DNA from: Patescibacteria group bacterium
Lineage (GTDB): Bacteria; Patescibacteriota; WWE3; 0-14-0-20-40-13
NCBI GenBank assembly: GCA_018896215.1
Contig: JAHINB010000013.1
Location: forward strand, 17,946-81,945
DNA: 64,000 nt
Direction: 5' to 3'
Shown: positions 47,618 to 56,697 of the stretch, piece after piece
Numbering within the stretch: the first letter of the stretch is position 1
How the letters are laid out: each line of letters starts with the position of its first letter
Position numbers and translations under genes: made by a program
Notes under the pieces: model-generated
The model's database searches: none
Told to the model about the DNA's origin: nothing
The model's input: only the letters and a program-made list of their open reading frames with translations

Positions 47618-49726
47618 TTATACTTTTCTTCCTTCGGCAATTTTTGTTGCCACCGATGCCGGAACCTCCTGATAATGACTGGGCTCAATATTAAAACTTC
47701 CTCTTCCTTGAGTAATGCTTCGCAGGGTTGTGGAATAACCAAACAACTCGGCAAGCGGAACCAACGTTTTTATAATCGCCAAGTTTCCTTTGCTTTCGGT
47801 ACCCTCTATTCTACCACGCTTTGAGCTAATGTCACCTATGACATCTCCCATGAAGTTTTCGGGTACCGAAACCTCTACCTTCATGATAGGCTCTAAAAGT
47901 GCTGGGCTGGCTTTTCTCGCGGCATCTTTAAATGCCTCTATGGCTGCTATTTTAAACGCAATTTCCGAAGAGTCAACCTCGTGAAAAGATCCGTCATATA
48001 ACGCCACCAACACATCAACTACCGGATACCCGGCAACAACGCCACTTTCTAAAGCTTCTTTGACTCCTTTTTCCACCGCTGGAATATACTCTTTGGGAAT
48101 TGAGCCACCTACAATCTCGTTCACAAATTTAAAACCTTCTCCAGCTTCTCGCGGTTCCAAACGCAACCAAACATGACCATATTGACCCCGCCCACCTGAC
48201 TGCCTAATATACTTACCTTCTTGCTCCACAATTTTTTTGATGGTCTCTTTAAAGGCAACTTGCGGAGCACCCGTTTCTGCCCCCACCTTAAATTCTCGCT
48301 TCATCCGATCAACAAGAATTTCCAAATGCAATTCGCCCATTCCAGCAATTAAAGTTTGTCCGGTTTCGGGGTTGGATTTTATTTTAAAAGTTGGATCCTC
48401 TTCGGAGAGTTTTTTTAGAGCCATTCCCATTTTTTCTTGGTCTTGCTTTGTTTTTGGCTCGATAGACATAGAAATAACCGGTTCGGGAAAACTAATTGCC
48501 TCAAGTAAAATTGGATTTTCCTCTGAACACAGCGAATCTCCCGTAAAAGTGTTTTTAAGTCCCACAACCGCGGCAATTTCACCAGCTTTGACCTCTTTGA
48601 CATCTTCACGATCGTTGGCATGCATTAAGACAATTCTACTAAATCGTTCTTTTTCGCCACGGGTGGCGTTTAAAACATACGACCCAGCTGTAAGTTTTCC
48701 CGAGTAAGCTCTAAAATAGGTCAGTCTTCCAACATAAGGGTCGGTTTGAACTTTAAAAGCCAATCCCGAAAAATGCTCCGTAATATCAGGTCTTCTTTCT
48801 TCTTCGGCTCCTGTTTTAGGATTCTTGCCTTTAACGGGAGGAAGTTCTAATGGAGATGGGAGAAGATTAATTACCTGATCTAACAAGCTTTTTACAATTA
48901 CGCCTCGTCCATCTCCTCCAAAAACCGGAAAAACCTCGCCACTTAGAGTAGCTTTTCTAACCGCTCGCATAAGCTCGCTTTCTGATATCTCTTTACCGTT
49001 GAGATACTTATCCATAACTTCGTCATCAAAGTCAGCAACTCTTTCCAACATTTCTCCTCTCCATTTTTTTGCTTCTTCGATTAAATTTGCGGGAATTTCT
49101 TCTTCCACTAAATCTTCTTGCAAATAGTCAGTATAGGTATAAGTCTTCATCCGAATTAAATCGATAACACCATGGAGGTCTTTTTCAAATCCCAGGGGCA
49201 AAACAATAGGAAACGCTTTAGAGCTTAGCCTTTCCCTAATTGATTCCAAACTCCTGTAAAAATCTCCGCCAATTTGGTTAATTTTATTAATAAAACAGAT
49301 TCGGGGAACATGGTATTTGCTGGCTTGTCGCCAAACAGTTTCCGATTGTGGCTCCACTCCCATCTTTCCGTCAAAAACAACTATTGCTCCATCAAGAACC
49401 CTTAGAGAGCGTTCCACCTCGGCGGTAAAATCCACATGCCCTGGAGTATCAATAATGTTGATTCGGTAAACAGCACTTTTTTCTCCAAAATACCTGCGCC
49501 AAAAACAGGTAGTAGCGGCAGAGGTGATAGTGATTCCCCTTTCTCGTTCTTGTTCCATCCAATCCATTTGGGTGTCACCTAAATCGATCTTGCCAATTTT
49601 GTGAGTTTTTCCGGTATGAAACAAAACCGCCTCGGTAGTGGTTGTTTTGCCCGCGTCAATGTGGGCAATTATTCCAATATTTCTAATTCTATCTAGGGGT
49701 ATTTCCCCAAATTCTTTGTCTTGCAT
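47618..49726 (-). CDS. fusA: elongation factor G
   Basis: [21 protein letters not shown] and the EF-G domains IV/V. Start at the ATG for [19 protein letters not shown] (the longer ORF prefix looks non-coding). Confidence 0.95.
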   Translation of the reverse strand: MQDKEFGEIPLDRIRNIGIIAHIDAGKTTTTEAVLFHTGKTHKIGKIDLGDTQMDWMEQERERGITITSAATTCFWRRYFGEKSAVYRINIIDTPGHVDFTAEVERSLRVLDGAIVVFDGKMGVEPQSETVWRQASKYHVPRICFINKINQIGGDFYRSLESIRERLSSKAFPIVLPLGFEKDLHGVIDLIRMKTYTYTDYLQEDLVEEEIPANLIEEAKKWRGEMLERVADFDDEVMDKYLNGKEISESELMRAVRKATLSGEVFPVFGGDGRGVIVKSLLDQVINLLPSPLELPPVKGKNPKTGAEEERRPDITEHFSGLAFKVQTDPYVGRLTYFRAYSGKLTAGSYVLNATRGEKERFSRIVLMHANDREDVKEVKAGEIAAVVGLKNTFTGDSLCSEENPILLEAISFPEPVISMSIEPKTKQDQEKMGMALKKLSEEDPTFKIKSNPETGQTLIAGMGELHLEILVDRMKREFKVGAETGAPQVAFKETIKKIVEQEGKYIRQSGGRGQYGHVWLRLEPREAGEGFKFVNEIVGGSIPKEYIPAVEKGVKEALESGVVAGYPVVDVLVALYDGSFHEVDSSEIAFKIAAIEAFKDAARKASPALLEPIMKVEVSVPENFMGDVIGDISSKRGRIEGTESKGNLAIIKTLVPLAELFGYSTTLRSITQGRGSFNIEPSHYQEVPASVATKIAEGRKV

Positions 49727-50055
49727 GATCTTACAACAAAAAACTCCTATACGGAGTTTCCTCTTTTTAGCAAATTTTGCAACTAATAGCAACGGGTAAT
49801 CACAATCGGTTTGACACCGCACAATTTCCCCTTGACAAGAGTCGTATCTTATAGTAAAAACTGCTCACCTGTCAACTACTTGGAGAGAGCCTGTAAAAAG
49901 GGCTTCCCCTGCGCCTTTTGCGTCTTATCCCTGTCATAAAAATCAGTAAACGAAAAATGAATCGTGTTTCCCTCACTCTGTGGGGGAGATTCAGGCACCT
50001 TAAAAACTGAATAGCGAATTTCATCTTTTATCAAAGAAAGGAAAGGAGGTGTCCC

Positions 50056-50700
50056 TTGTTTGATTTAATAAAGGGAGCACTATGGGCGATGGCAGGAGCT
50101 TTCGGGGACATCTTCCTGCTGGTATTCAATGTCTTGTCCCCATTGTTATTTGACCCGCTAAAAGCGGGAGCGCTGGAGCTCCGTGGCAATGAGTCTGAAA
50201 AAGAGGCTCTAGAAAAGATTGCCACGGCGTTCAAGAGGAACAGGCGCCTTCGCTGGAAAGCTCTGGATCCCGAAAGGGATCCTGCTATGGTTGGTCTGTA
50301 TGTACTGACCAACAATCTCCGTTTCCTCTTTGAGCTCCTAGCAACACAGGTCTTGCTAGAGAGCTCCGCAGGAGGAGAAAGTATAACGCTGATCAAGCAT
50401 GTACGGTTCGGCTGGCTCCTGCGCCTTTTTAGTTTTGAAGGCTACGCGGAGCCAACCCCACTGACTGACATCACTCCCGCGAGAGGTGGCGATGTCACTT
50501 ATCTGCCGTGGAAGATCATCCATGGATCCTCCGGAGAGGTTGTGGAGACCGGTCTTCTCGTAAGGCTGGTCAATTTCCTGACCCAAAAGAGGGTAGTTCA
50601 ATTCTTGACCGCGTCGGGGGAAGCCGACATGTGGCAATTCCCAAACGCGGAGAGATCATGGCGCAAGCTGATGTGGTTGGTCGAAGTCACTACTCAATAA
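50056..50700 (+). CDS. island gene 1: hypothetical protein with N-terminal hydrophobic segment
   Basis: TTG start 6 nt after AAGGAGG. 214 aa. G+C-rich codons. No recognisable motif. Confidence 0.45.
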   Translation: MFDLIKGALWAMAGAFGDIFLLVFNVLSPLLFDPLKAGALELRGNESEKEALEKIATAFKRNRRLRWKALDPERDPAMVGLYVLTNNLRFLFELLATQVLLESSAGGESITLIKHVRFGWLLRLFSFEGYAEPTPLTDITPARGGDVTYLPWKIIHGSSGEVVETGLLVRLVNFLTQKRVVQFLTASGEADMWQFPNAERSWRKLMWLVEVTTQ

Positions 50701-50717
50701 AGGAAAGGAGAAATATC

Positions 50718-50993
50718 GTGTTTAGCAACAGTGTTCTTGCGGTTGCTGGGGTCGGCGCTGTGGCTTTGGCCGTCGCTGCGATCATCATCCTCTGGTCCTC
50801 GAAAGGCGAGGGGATCGGAGGGGTCGCGGGGGCGGTGGTGGCTGCTATGGCGCTGTTGTTGGGGCTTGGGGTTGTGGCGGCGACTGCCTTCGGCATTGCC
50901 TCCCATTCCTCAAGCTATTTCAGTATGTTTGATGGACTGGCGCAGTCATTCGGCCAGTTCGTCAGTAGAGTTGTCCAAATCTTCACCCCCTAA
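50718..50993 (+). CDS. island gene 2: 91-aa Gly/Ala-rich two-TM-helix protein (pilin/VirB2-TrbC-like or holin-like)
   Basis: GTG start 8 nt after AGGAG. Two hydrophobic helices (LAVAGVGAVALAVAAIIIL and VAAMALLLGLGVVAATAFGIA) separated by SSKGEGIGG. Confidence 0.45.
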   Translation: MFSNSVLAVAGVGAVALAVAAIIILWSSKGEGIGGVAGAVVAAMALLLGLGVVAATAFGIASHSSSYFSMFDGLAQSFGQFVSRVVQIFTP

Positions 50994-51003
50994 CGGGGCA
51001 GGA

Positions 51004-52044
51004 GGGAACGAGATGAAAATGAAACGGTTTCTGAAAACCGTCGCTCCCCTCGCTTCCCTCCTGCTTCTGGCGGGATGTACAGGAGGTGAGGGGGACGGTG
51101 TAGGAAAGATGGTCGCAGGAGTGATAGGGGAGCTTAAGGGGATCAGTGATCTGATTAAGTTCGGGATCATCGGTCCTCGAGTTGAGTTACCCCTTTCAGT
51201 TTGGGCAGGGATTGGCGGTCTCGCCTCCCTACTCATCTTAATCGGTTTCATTTTCACCGCGTGGATGTCCGCAAGGGCCTACGCGCGGCGCCAGCCTGTA
51301 GAGGACTGGGGAATCGGTTGGTTTCTGCTTCTGATGATGACCGGAATCTGGATTTTCTTATCCGGTTATCTGTTATCGGGGGCGTACCTAGAGTTCCCTG
51401 ATCTTGGGTTGGCGGATTTCGTTGTGAGGGGGATGGGGCTGATGGATCTTGCCGGGGGAGTATTGCTTCTCATGGCGGGTTTGGTCCTATTTTCCCTACG
51501 GATGATCATGTGGTCAATGTTGCTCGTGGCCGCCCTGTTTGTTCCAATCATTGCGGTAATCGCGCAATGGACAAACAGGCGTGGATTGATTGCGTACGCT
51601 TCAGTGCTGTTTTCTTACATCGTGTACGCGATGTACCCGTTCATCCTGGCGTTCGTCCTCAACACAGATCTTGGTCTACCCACCATTCCCCTGTTGGGAG
51701 GAGGCGGACTGATAAAAGCGGCAGTTCTAGTAATTACTGCCGGAGCGCTTCTCTTCTTCTTCCTGTTTGGTCCTTTGCTTCTGCGAAAAGTGTTCACGGC
51801 GATCGCGCCGAAAGAAACCGTTCTGCAAAGGGAGCCAAACAGGCTAGAGCCGGAGGAGATCGTTGCTTTGGTAATGTCCGCCCTTGCCCTCTTAACCGGG
51901 GGCGGACTGGAAGCGGCTCTAGCGCACATCTTCGGGCCTCTCTCCAAGAGGCTTGGAGTTGATGTTGGTGGAGTTGTCGATGGAGTGAAAAACGCCACCC
52001 GCAGTGGCAACACCGCAGCGGCAAATCCAGAACCCCCGGCGTAG
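51004..52044 (+). CDS. island gene 3: polytopic membrane lipoprotein (VirB6/TrbL-like topology)
   Basis: GGAGG RBS. Signal peptide with lipobox LLLAGC. About seven further hydrophobic helices and a hydrophilic C-terminal tail. Confidence 0.5.
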   Translation, partial: GNEMKMKRFLKTVAPLASLLLLAGCTGGEGDGVGKMVAGVIGELKGISDLIKFGIIGPRVELPLSVWAGIGGLASLLILIGFIFTAWMSARAYARRQPVEDWGIGWFLLLMMTGIWIFLSGYLLSGAYLEFPDLGLADFVVRGMGLMDLAGGVLLLMAGLVLFSLRMIMWSMLLVAALFVPIIAVIAQWTNRRGLIAYASVLFSYIVYAMYPFILAFVLNTDLGLPTIPLLGGGGLIKAAVLVITAGALLFFFLFGPLLLRKVFTAIAPKETVLQREPNRLEPEEIVALVMSALALLTGGGLEAALAHIFGPLSKRLGVDVGGVVDGVKNATRSGNTAAANPEPPA

Positions 52045-52063
52045 CGCGGGGAGGGAGGAAACC

Positions 52064-54010
52064 ATGTTGAGTATTTTGGCTCGAGTAGGAGAGCCCTTAG
52101 GGGATCTGATGTATACAATCCTCCTGTGGGCTTTGGATACGCGGTGGAGCCGCAAGCTCCGCCCGTATCTGCTGGTCTTTCTCTTCCTCCCCGCGTCTCT
52201 TTTTCTCTCTCAACTGCTTCACCCAGCGGGACCCGTCGTGGTTCTGGGCGGTTTGGGAGCGATTTTCGCGATTGGTATCGCCTACAAGTCTTGGGCGATG
52301 CTTCCGCGGAGATTTGGGAGAGAAAAGAGAAAGAGGGGTTGGATTGAGGAAGTCGTTGGAGAGGCAATGAGACTCTTGGGATTTGCCTCTCCGTTGGAAT
52401 CGCTGTTTTCGGTCAACGGATATCCAGTGTGGGAGATTACCTATCCGCCCGAGCAACCGGGGGAAACAATCCTCGGAAACTCCGGTAGAGTCCGGTTGAT
52501 TTCCACACCTGTAGGGTTGGAAGTTCCGGGGTTCCTCGCGGCAACGCGGGCGGACTCGAAAGATCCACCATTCGTGGCGGAAGCTCTAAAGAGTATCGGA
52601 GATTTCGCCCTTCCTGGGAGTGGATCCCTATGGCCTCGTCGGCTAGTCCGCCAAATCTTGCTCACGGCAGATATGCCATCAGAGCAAGCGCCGGATGTGC
52701 CTCTTGGTAGATTGCTGGAGCCGAGGGCTGTTCGTCTTAAGACGGAAGCGCTTTTAGCAAGTTCCGGAGCGACCGAAAGTACCCCAAGGGTTGAGGAGGT
52801 TTTGACCTACGGGGGAACCGCGGTTGCTAAGTTTGGCAAAGCGGGAACGCGGAAGTGCGCTTTCGTGGAGCTTAGACCTCGCTGTTTGGGTTTCGGCAAG
52901 AACCTTCCGCTTTCGGAGGCGCTAAATCGGCTTCTGTCTAAAGGCTATCCTATTTCCTTTGAAGCCGAAAGGATCGCCTCCGGCACCGTCTTTGGACGGC
53001 TGACGGCAATGGTTCTTCTCAAGAACGGCCGAGGGTCGTTGAAGCGGGCGTTGGGCGAGTTCCGCTCTGCAGGATTCGAAATCCCGTTGCTGGGGAGCTC
53101 CAAGACTGGAGCGTCCGGACTCTTCCGTCGCTTCCTTCCGGAAACGGAAATTGAAGCTAGCGGAGGATTCTCTTTGACGGCAGAAGAGTTTTGCCTAGTC
53201 TCCGATGCCCTTTGTTCTAGTGTCGGTTCGGCATCACGCGATCCCGACGAGGCACTGTTCGTCGGGTTGCGGGGCAGAACCCCGTGTTTTCTCGAACCCC
53301 GACCCCACGAACTCCGCACCGGGGTCCAGGGATCGGGCAAGACCACTGGCGTGAACTCGAGTCTCCTCCAAAGAACTGGTGGGAGATTTGTGGGAATCAT
53401 CAGTGGCACTGATCCCAAGGCAAGCACTCTGGCAATGGTGTGTGATGCGGGGGGTAAGGTTGTTGATGTTTGTGGAAACGACAGTGAAAAAACTGGACGG
53501 GCATGTGTGGCGGAAGCAATCGGGTTCCTTCAACAGGGAAAACCGTTCACCATCCGCCCTATCGGTGTGGAGTTCACACCACAACTCGTCCAGTTCGCAA
53601 TCGGCTTCGTTGACGAGTTCACCAAGGAGGTTCCCAAGGCCGACTGGTCCGCGGTTCTTCCTGCAGGTCGGCATCTGGGACTTTTGGTGGATGACCTCTT
53701 CCGTCTCCTCGCCGCTAGGGCAACCTATAGCATGGAGGCAGAGGTTGACAGACTTCTCGCTATCTTAGAAACAGCAATGTCGGAGCTGTGGAAGCCAATT
53801 CCCGGTGGGTACCCAGGATGCATTGTCGCAGTGACGACACAGGCTCCAGGAGATCCACCTCAAACGATGTATGACAAGTTTGGTATCGTTATACATCATC
53901 AAGGTCCGAAATCCGCCGTGATTTCTAGGTATTTGGATTGGGAACCAACATCAATCAACACCTGGATCTCCAACAAGGATCTGCACAACCTCGTTTCGGC
54001 TCGGCGGTAA
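52064..54010 (+). CDS. island gene 4: membrane-anchored ASCE P-loop ATPase (FtsK/TraB/VirD4/VirB4-like)
   Basis: GGAGGGAGG RBS. Two or three N-terminal TM helices. Walker A GVQGSGKTTGV (aa ~419-429) and Walker B AIGFVDEF (~aa 512-519) about 95 aa apart. About 130 aa follow the Walker B. Confidence 0.55.
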   Translation: MLSILARVGEPLGDLMYTILLWALDTRWSRKLRPYLLVFLFLPASLFLSQLLHPAGPVVVLGGLGAIFAIGIAYKSWAMLPRRFGREKRKRGWIEEVVGEAMRLLGFASPLESLFSVNGYPVWEITYPPEQPGETILGNSGRVRLISTPVGLEVPGFLAATRADSKDPPFVAEALKSIGDFALPGSGSLWPRRLVRQILLTADMPSEQAPDVPLGRLLEPRAVRLKTEALLASSGATESTPRVEEVLTYGGTAVAKFGKAGTRKCAFVELRPRCLGFGKNLPLSEALNRLLSKGYPISFEAERIASGTVFGRLTAMVLLKNGRGSLKRALGEFRSAGFEIPLLGSSKTGASGLFRRFLPETEIEASGGFSLTAEEFCLVSDALCSSVGSASRDPDEALFVGLRGRTPCFLEPRPHELRTGVQGSGKTTGVNSSLLQRTGGRFVGIISGTDPKASTLAMVCDAGGKVVDVCGNDSEKTGRACVAEAIGFLQQGKPFTIRPIGVEFTPQLVQFAIGFVDEFTKEVPKADWSAVLPAGRHLGLLVDDLFRLLAARATYSMEAEVDRLLAILETAMSELWKPIPGGYPGCIVAVTTQAPGDPPQTMYDKFGIVIHHQGPKSAVISRYLDWEPTSINTWISNKDLHNLVSARR

Positions 54011-54045
54011 TCGGTCCATCAAGCAAACCCCCAAAGGAGGGCGGA

Positions 54046-55395
54046 ATGGACGACTGGGAAGAGATCTTAAGCCTTAAGTGGCTCCTGTCCACCGCCCTCC
54101 AATCATTTGCTATCGTTGCGACAGTTTGCGCGATGGCATTGGTTGCGGGGGCGGTTTTAGTTTTCGCCTTCCTATTTGACAAAACTGGGGGGGCGATTTG
54201 GGATGTACTGCTAAAGGAAGCGGGAATTTTTGTCCCGCGTGTTGTCTGCACGGAAGTAGAAACGCTGACGGCAGTGGGAGAATCCTCATATGAATTTCAA
54301 CAGAACTACGATGGTGGTAGTGAGGATAGCGCATGGGCGCTTCTTCCCGCTGGAGTTCAACGCTGGCGCGGTCTTCTGGAAGAAACGGCTCTGCGCCACG
54401 GCTTTGACCCTCTGATGTTCGGGGTCATTGCCACAATTGAGAATCCTGCCGGTAACCCCACCGCGGGATCCTGGGCGGGCGCCCAAGGGTTGGTTCAAGT
54501 GATGCCGTTCAACTTTACGGCTAACGAAACCGACCACTTTGATCCCGCGACAAATCTGGAGGCGGGAGCGAGAGTCTTTGCTTCCTGTCTCCGTCTGGCG
54601 GGGGGAGATTTCCGCTTGGCGGGCGCCTGTTACAATGCAGGACCCCGCATCCTGCGGATGAACCTTGCCAACTGGTTTGCCGAAACTCTGTTATATTATC
54701 GCCGCTCGGCGATATATGACGAGATTCGGCAAGGTAGGACTAACACGCTAGATTCATGGCTGGGAGGTCATGGGGGCGCTGTCATGGCGTCAGGAGCGGA
54801 AGCTCCGAGCGCGACAGGCGCTACTACCCAAACCTCCCAAGTATGCAAAATTTGTCTTGTTCCCAACCCCAATGACGGACTGCTGGGGTTTTTGGGAACA
54901 GCGTTGGAGCTTCTGGGGTTGGGACCTTCCAGTCCCTGCTCCGAAGTCTCGGCTTCAACATATCAATCCTCTGCCACAGTGGTGGCGGGGGGGAATGGCA
55001 GTTGGCGCTATCCGGTGGAGGGCGCCACGGTATCGGACGGTCCGTGGCACAAAATCCCAGCGCTGGATTTTATGGTCTCGCTGGGAACACCGGTGGTGAG
55101 CGCCCACACGGTTCCAGCAACCGTGGAATACTCTGGATGCAACAATGCCGGAGGATACGGATGCTGGGTTCTGCTGATGCACGACGACGGTAAGTCAACC
55201 GTCTATGTGCATTTGGACGAGAGTCTTCCTGTCAAGACCGGCGATCGGGTGGATGCGTCCACTTTGCTTGGCCGGGTCGGTTTGACGGGAAAAACCTCTG
55301 GACCCCACCTGCACTTCGAGGTGCGGGAAGGGTTGTATAACCATATAGATCCCGCAGAAGTGTTCGGGGAGATTGGAAAAGGAGGTCTAAAATGA
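54046..55395 (+). CDS. island gene 5: membrane-anchored bifunctional peptidoglycan hydrolase, SLT lytic transglycosylase + M23 peptidase
   Basis: AAAGGAGG RBS. N-terminal TM helix. SLT motifs ATIENPAGN, GAQGLVQVMP, ACYNAGP. M23 motifs H..D (HKIPALD) and TGKTSGPHLHFEVREG. Confidence 0.65.
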   Translation: MDDWEEILSLKWLLSTALQSFAIVATVCAMALVAGAVLVFAFLFDKTGGAIWDVLLKEAGIFVPRVVCTEVETLTAVGESSYEFQQNYDGGSEDSAWALLPAGVQRWRGLLEETALRHGFDPLMFGVIATIENPAGNPTAGSWAGAQGLVQVMPFNFTANETDHFDPATNLEAGARVFASCLRLAGGDFRLAGACYNAGPRILRMNLANWFAETLLYYRRSAIYDEIRQGRTNTLDSWLGGHGGAVMASGAEAPSATGATTQTSQVCKICLVPNPNDGLLGFLGTALELLGLGPSSPCSEVSASTYQSSATVVAGGNGSWRYPVEGATVSDGPWHKIPALDFMVSLGTPVVSAHTVPATVEYSGCNNAGGYGCWVLLMHDDGKSTVYVHLDESLPVKTGDRVDASTLLGRVGLTGKTSGPHLHFEVREGLYNHIDPAEVFGEIGKGGLK

Positions 55396-56609
55396 TGGTA
55401 GAGAAAGGTCAAAATCCTCCTCTTGAAGAGGATGAGAAGGAGGAGCAGACTGGGTCGCGCAAGCGAGGGATTATTGGGTGTCTTGTTGCTCTAGGCATCC
55501 TTATCCTACTCTTCGCCTGCGTAGCGGGGGTGATCGTTGCCGTGGGGAGGCGAGCTGTGGATGAGATAAAGCCTCAACCCACACCCGCACCTACCCCTCA
55601 ACCCCTCCTTGTCTTTGGGCAATGCGAGGGGAACAGCCCCCGATGCGCCCAAGGCGGAAGCGGGGTATTCTTCCCGGGAAACCCCAAAAGGGTCAACTCC
55701 TGGGACGCGCCCCTCCAGTTCTGGGCCGAAACATCGGCTCCAAACGGCGGGACACAACAACGTCCAGTGGGAAAGCTTGTCAAAAATACGGAAGTATATG
55801 AGACAGGGGATCCTGTGAACGGGATGCAACCGGTTGAATGGGTAGTCAAGATTCCCGAGGGGCTGATGGCAAAGCCCCAAAGAGATTGGGAAGTCCGCTA
55901 TGAGGAAGTGGCAGATTTTCCCACAGAGGATCAGCTCGACGAGGTTAGGGATTGGTTGCTTGAGGGAATCAGTTCCTACGAAGTTTTGGACAAATCCCTG
56001 ATCGACCCACCCTACAAGTACGGTTCAGAGGGAGATGTGATGGCGGTTGGAAGTTGGAAGTCCAGCCGAAATTGGTGGCTCGTCTCCTTCCGGGGCTGGG
56101 TGGCGGTTGGTTTGGGAGCAGTGATCGTACCAACCCCCGAACCTACCCCAACGACAGTCCCGGTTCCAACGGAATTGACTCCGGCACCTACTCAAGCCCC
56201 TGACTGCCCGGTCTGTACTGGAGGAGCGCGAAGGGATCCGACAAATCCTTGCGGGCAGGTGTGTGACAACACCTACTACCCACCCGCCCCAGCGCCAACG
56301 ACAAGTGTCTGCACCCCGGGACACTTGGAGTGGATCAAGAGCCTTGACGAGGTCTGGATTTATGAGACCTCAACGGGGCAAAAACTTTGGAGTTTGTCGG
56401 AGTTTCGGATTCAGATGTTCAGCGTCGGTCTCATCTCGGAGGATGAGACCCTTACCCCCGTCCCCACAGGCTCGAAAGAGGCTCTGCGGATAGACAAGGG
56501 TGGATTGCCCGTGGACAGGACGAACGGATATATCGAAATATCCGGATCGGTTCTATCACGGAGAACGAATGAAAGACGAACCTGGTGCCATGAGGGATAC
56601 TGGAAGTGA
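55392..56609 (+). CDS. island gene 6: membrane-anchored Pro/Thr-linker, Cys-rich surface protein
   Basis: ATGA overlap with gene 5. TM helix at aa ~25-50. Linkers PQPTPAPTPQP and PTPEPTPTTVPVPTELTPAPTQAP. Cys cluster CPVCTGG...CGQVCDN...CTPGH. Confidence 0.5.
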   Translation: MMVEKGQNPPLEEDEKEEQTGSRKRGIIGCLVALGILILLFACVAGVIVAVGRRAVDEIKPQPTPAPTPQPLLVFGQCEGNSPRCAQGGSGVFFPGNPKRVNSWDAPLQFWAETSAPNGGTQQRPVGKLVKNTEVYETGDPVNGMQPVEWVVKIPEGLMAKPQRDWEVRYEEVADFPTEDQLDEVRDWLLEGISSYEVLDKSLIDPPYKYGSEGDVMAVGSWKSSRNWWLVSFRGWVAVGLGAVIVPTPEPTPTTVPVPTELTPAPTQAPDCPVCTGGARRDPTNPCGQVCDNTYYPPAPAPTTSVCTPGHLEWIKSLDEVWIYETSTGQKLWSLSEFRIQMFSVGLISEDETLTPVPTGSKEALRIDKGGLPVDRTNGYIEISGSVLSRRTNERRTWCHEGYWK

Positions 56610-56636
56610 CCTTCCAACTTCCCATGGCGCCACTGG

Positions 56637-56688
56637 AAGCGGAGGAAATCTTGGGCTAGCACAGCCAAGGTCTTCTCCGCTTTTTTTA
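56637..56688 (+). terminator. intrinsic terminator candidate at the island 3' end
   Basis: AAGCGGAG ... CTCCGCTT stem enclosing an internal hairpin, followed by TTTTTTT. Confidence 0.45.
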
Positions 56689-56697
56689 TAACAAAAT

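Noticed and set aside
49727-49822. 32-codon N-terminal extension of fusA, and likewise 6 codons on infA and 6 codons (TTG start) on rpsS
   Set aside because: EF-G, IF-1 and S19 homologs start at the internal Met ([34 protein letters not shown]). The extensions run into repeat elements or leader sequence.
49811-49860. Two TTGACA hexamers upstream of the island as a sigma70 promoter
   Set aside because: No convincing -10 hexamer at 16-18 nt spacing from either (TATAGT is only 12 nt from the second). Left as unresolved rather than annotated.
50356-52456. Several long minus-strand ORFs inside the GC-rich island (e.g. 51615-52367, 52097-52456, 50946-51257, 50356-50637)
   Set aside because: High-GC DNA generates long spurious antisense ORFs. 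They are Arg/Pro/Ser-rich and lack RBSs or TM logic. The + strand set forms a coherent SD-equipped, overlapping operon instead.
53234-55412. Further antisense or alternative-frame ORFs in the island (53234-53674 -, 52945-53427 -, 54770-55099 +, 55506-55880 -, 56025-56324 -)
   Set aside because: Same reason. They overlap the motif-bearing ATPase, SLT/M23 hydrolase and surface-protein frames.
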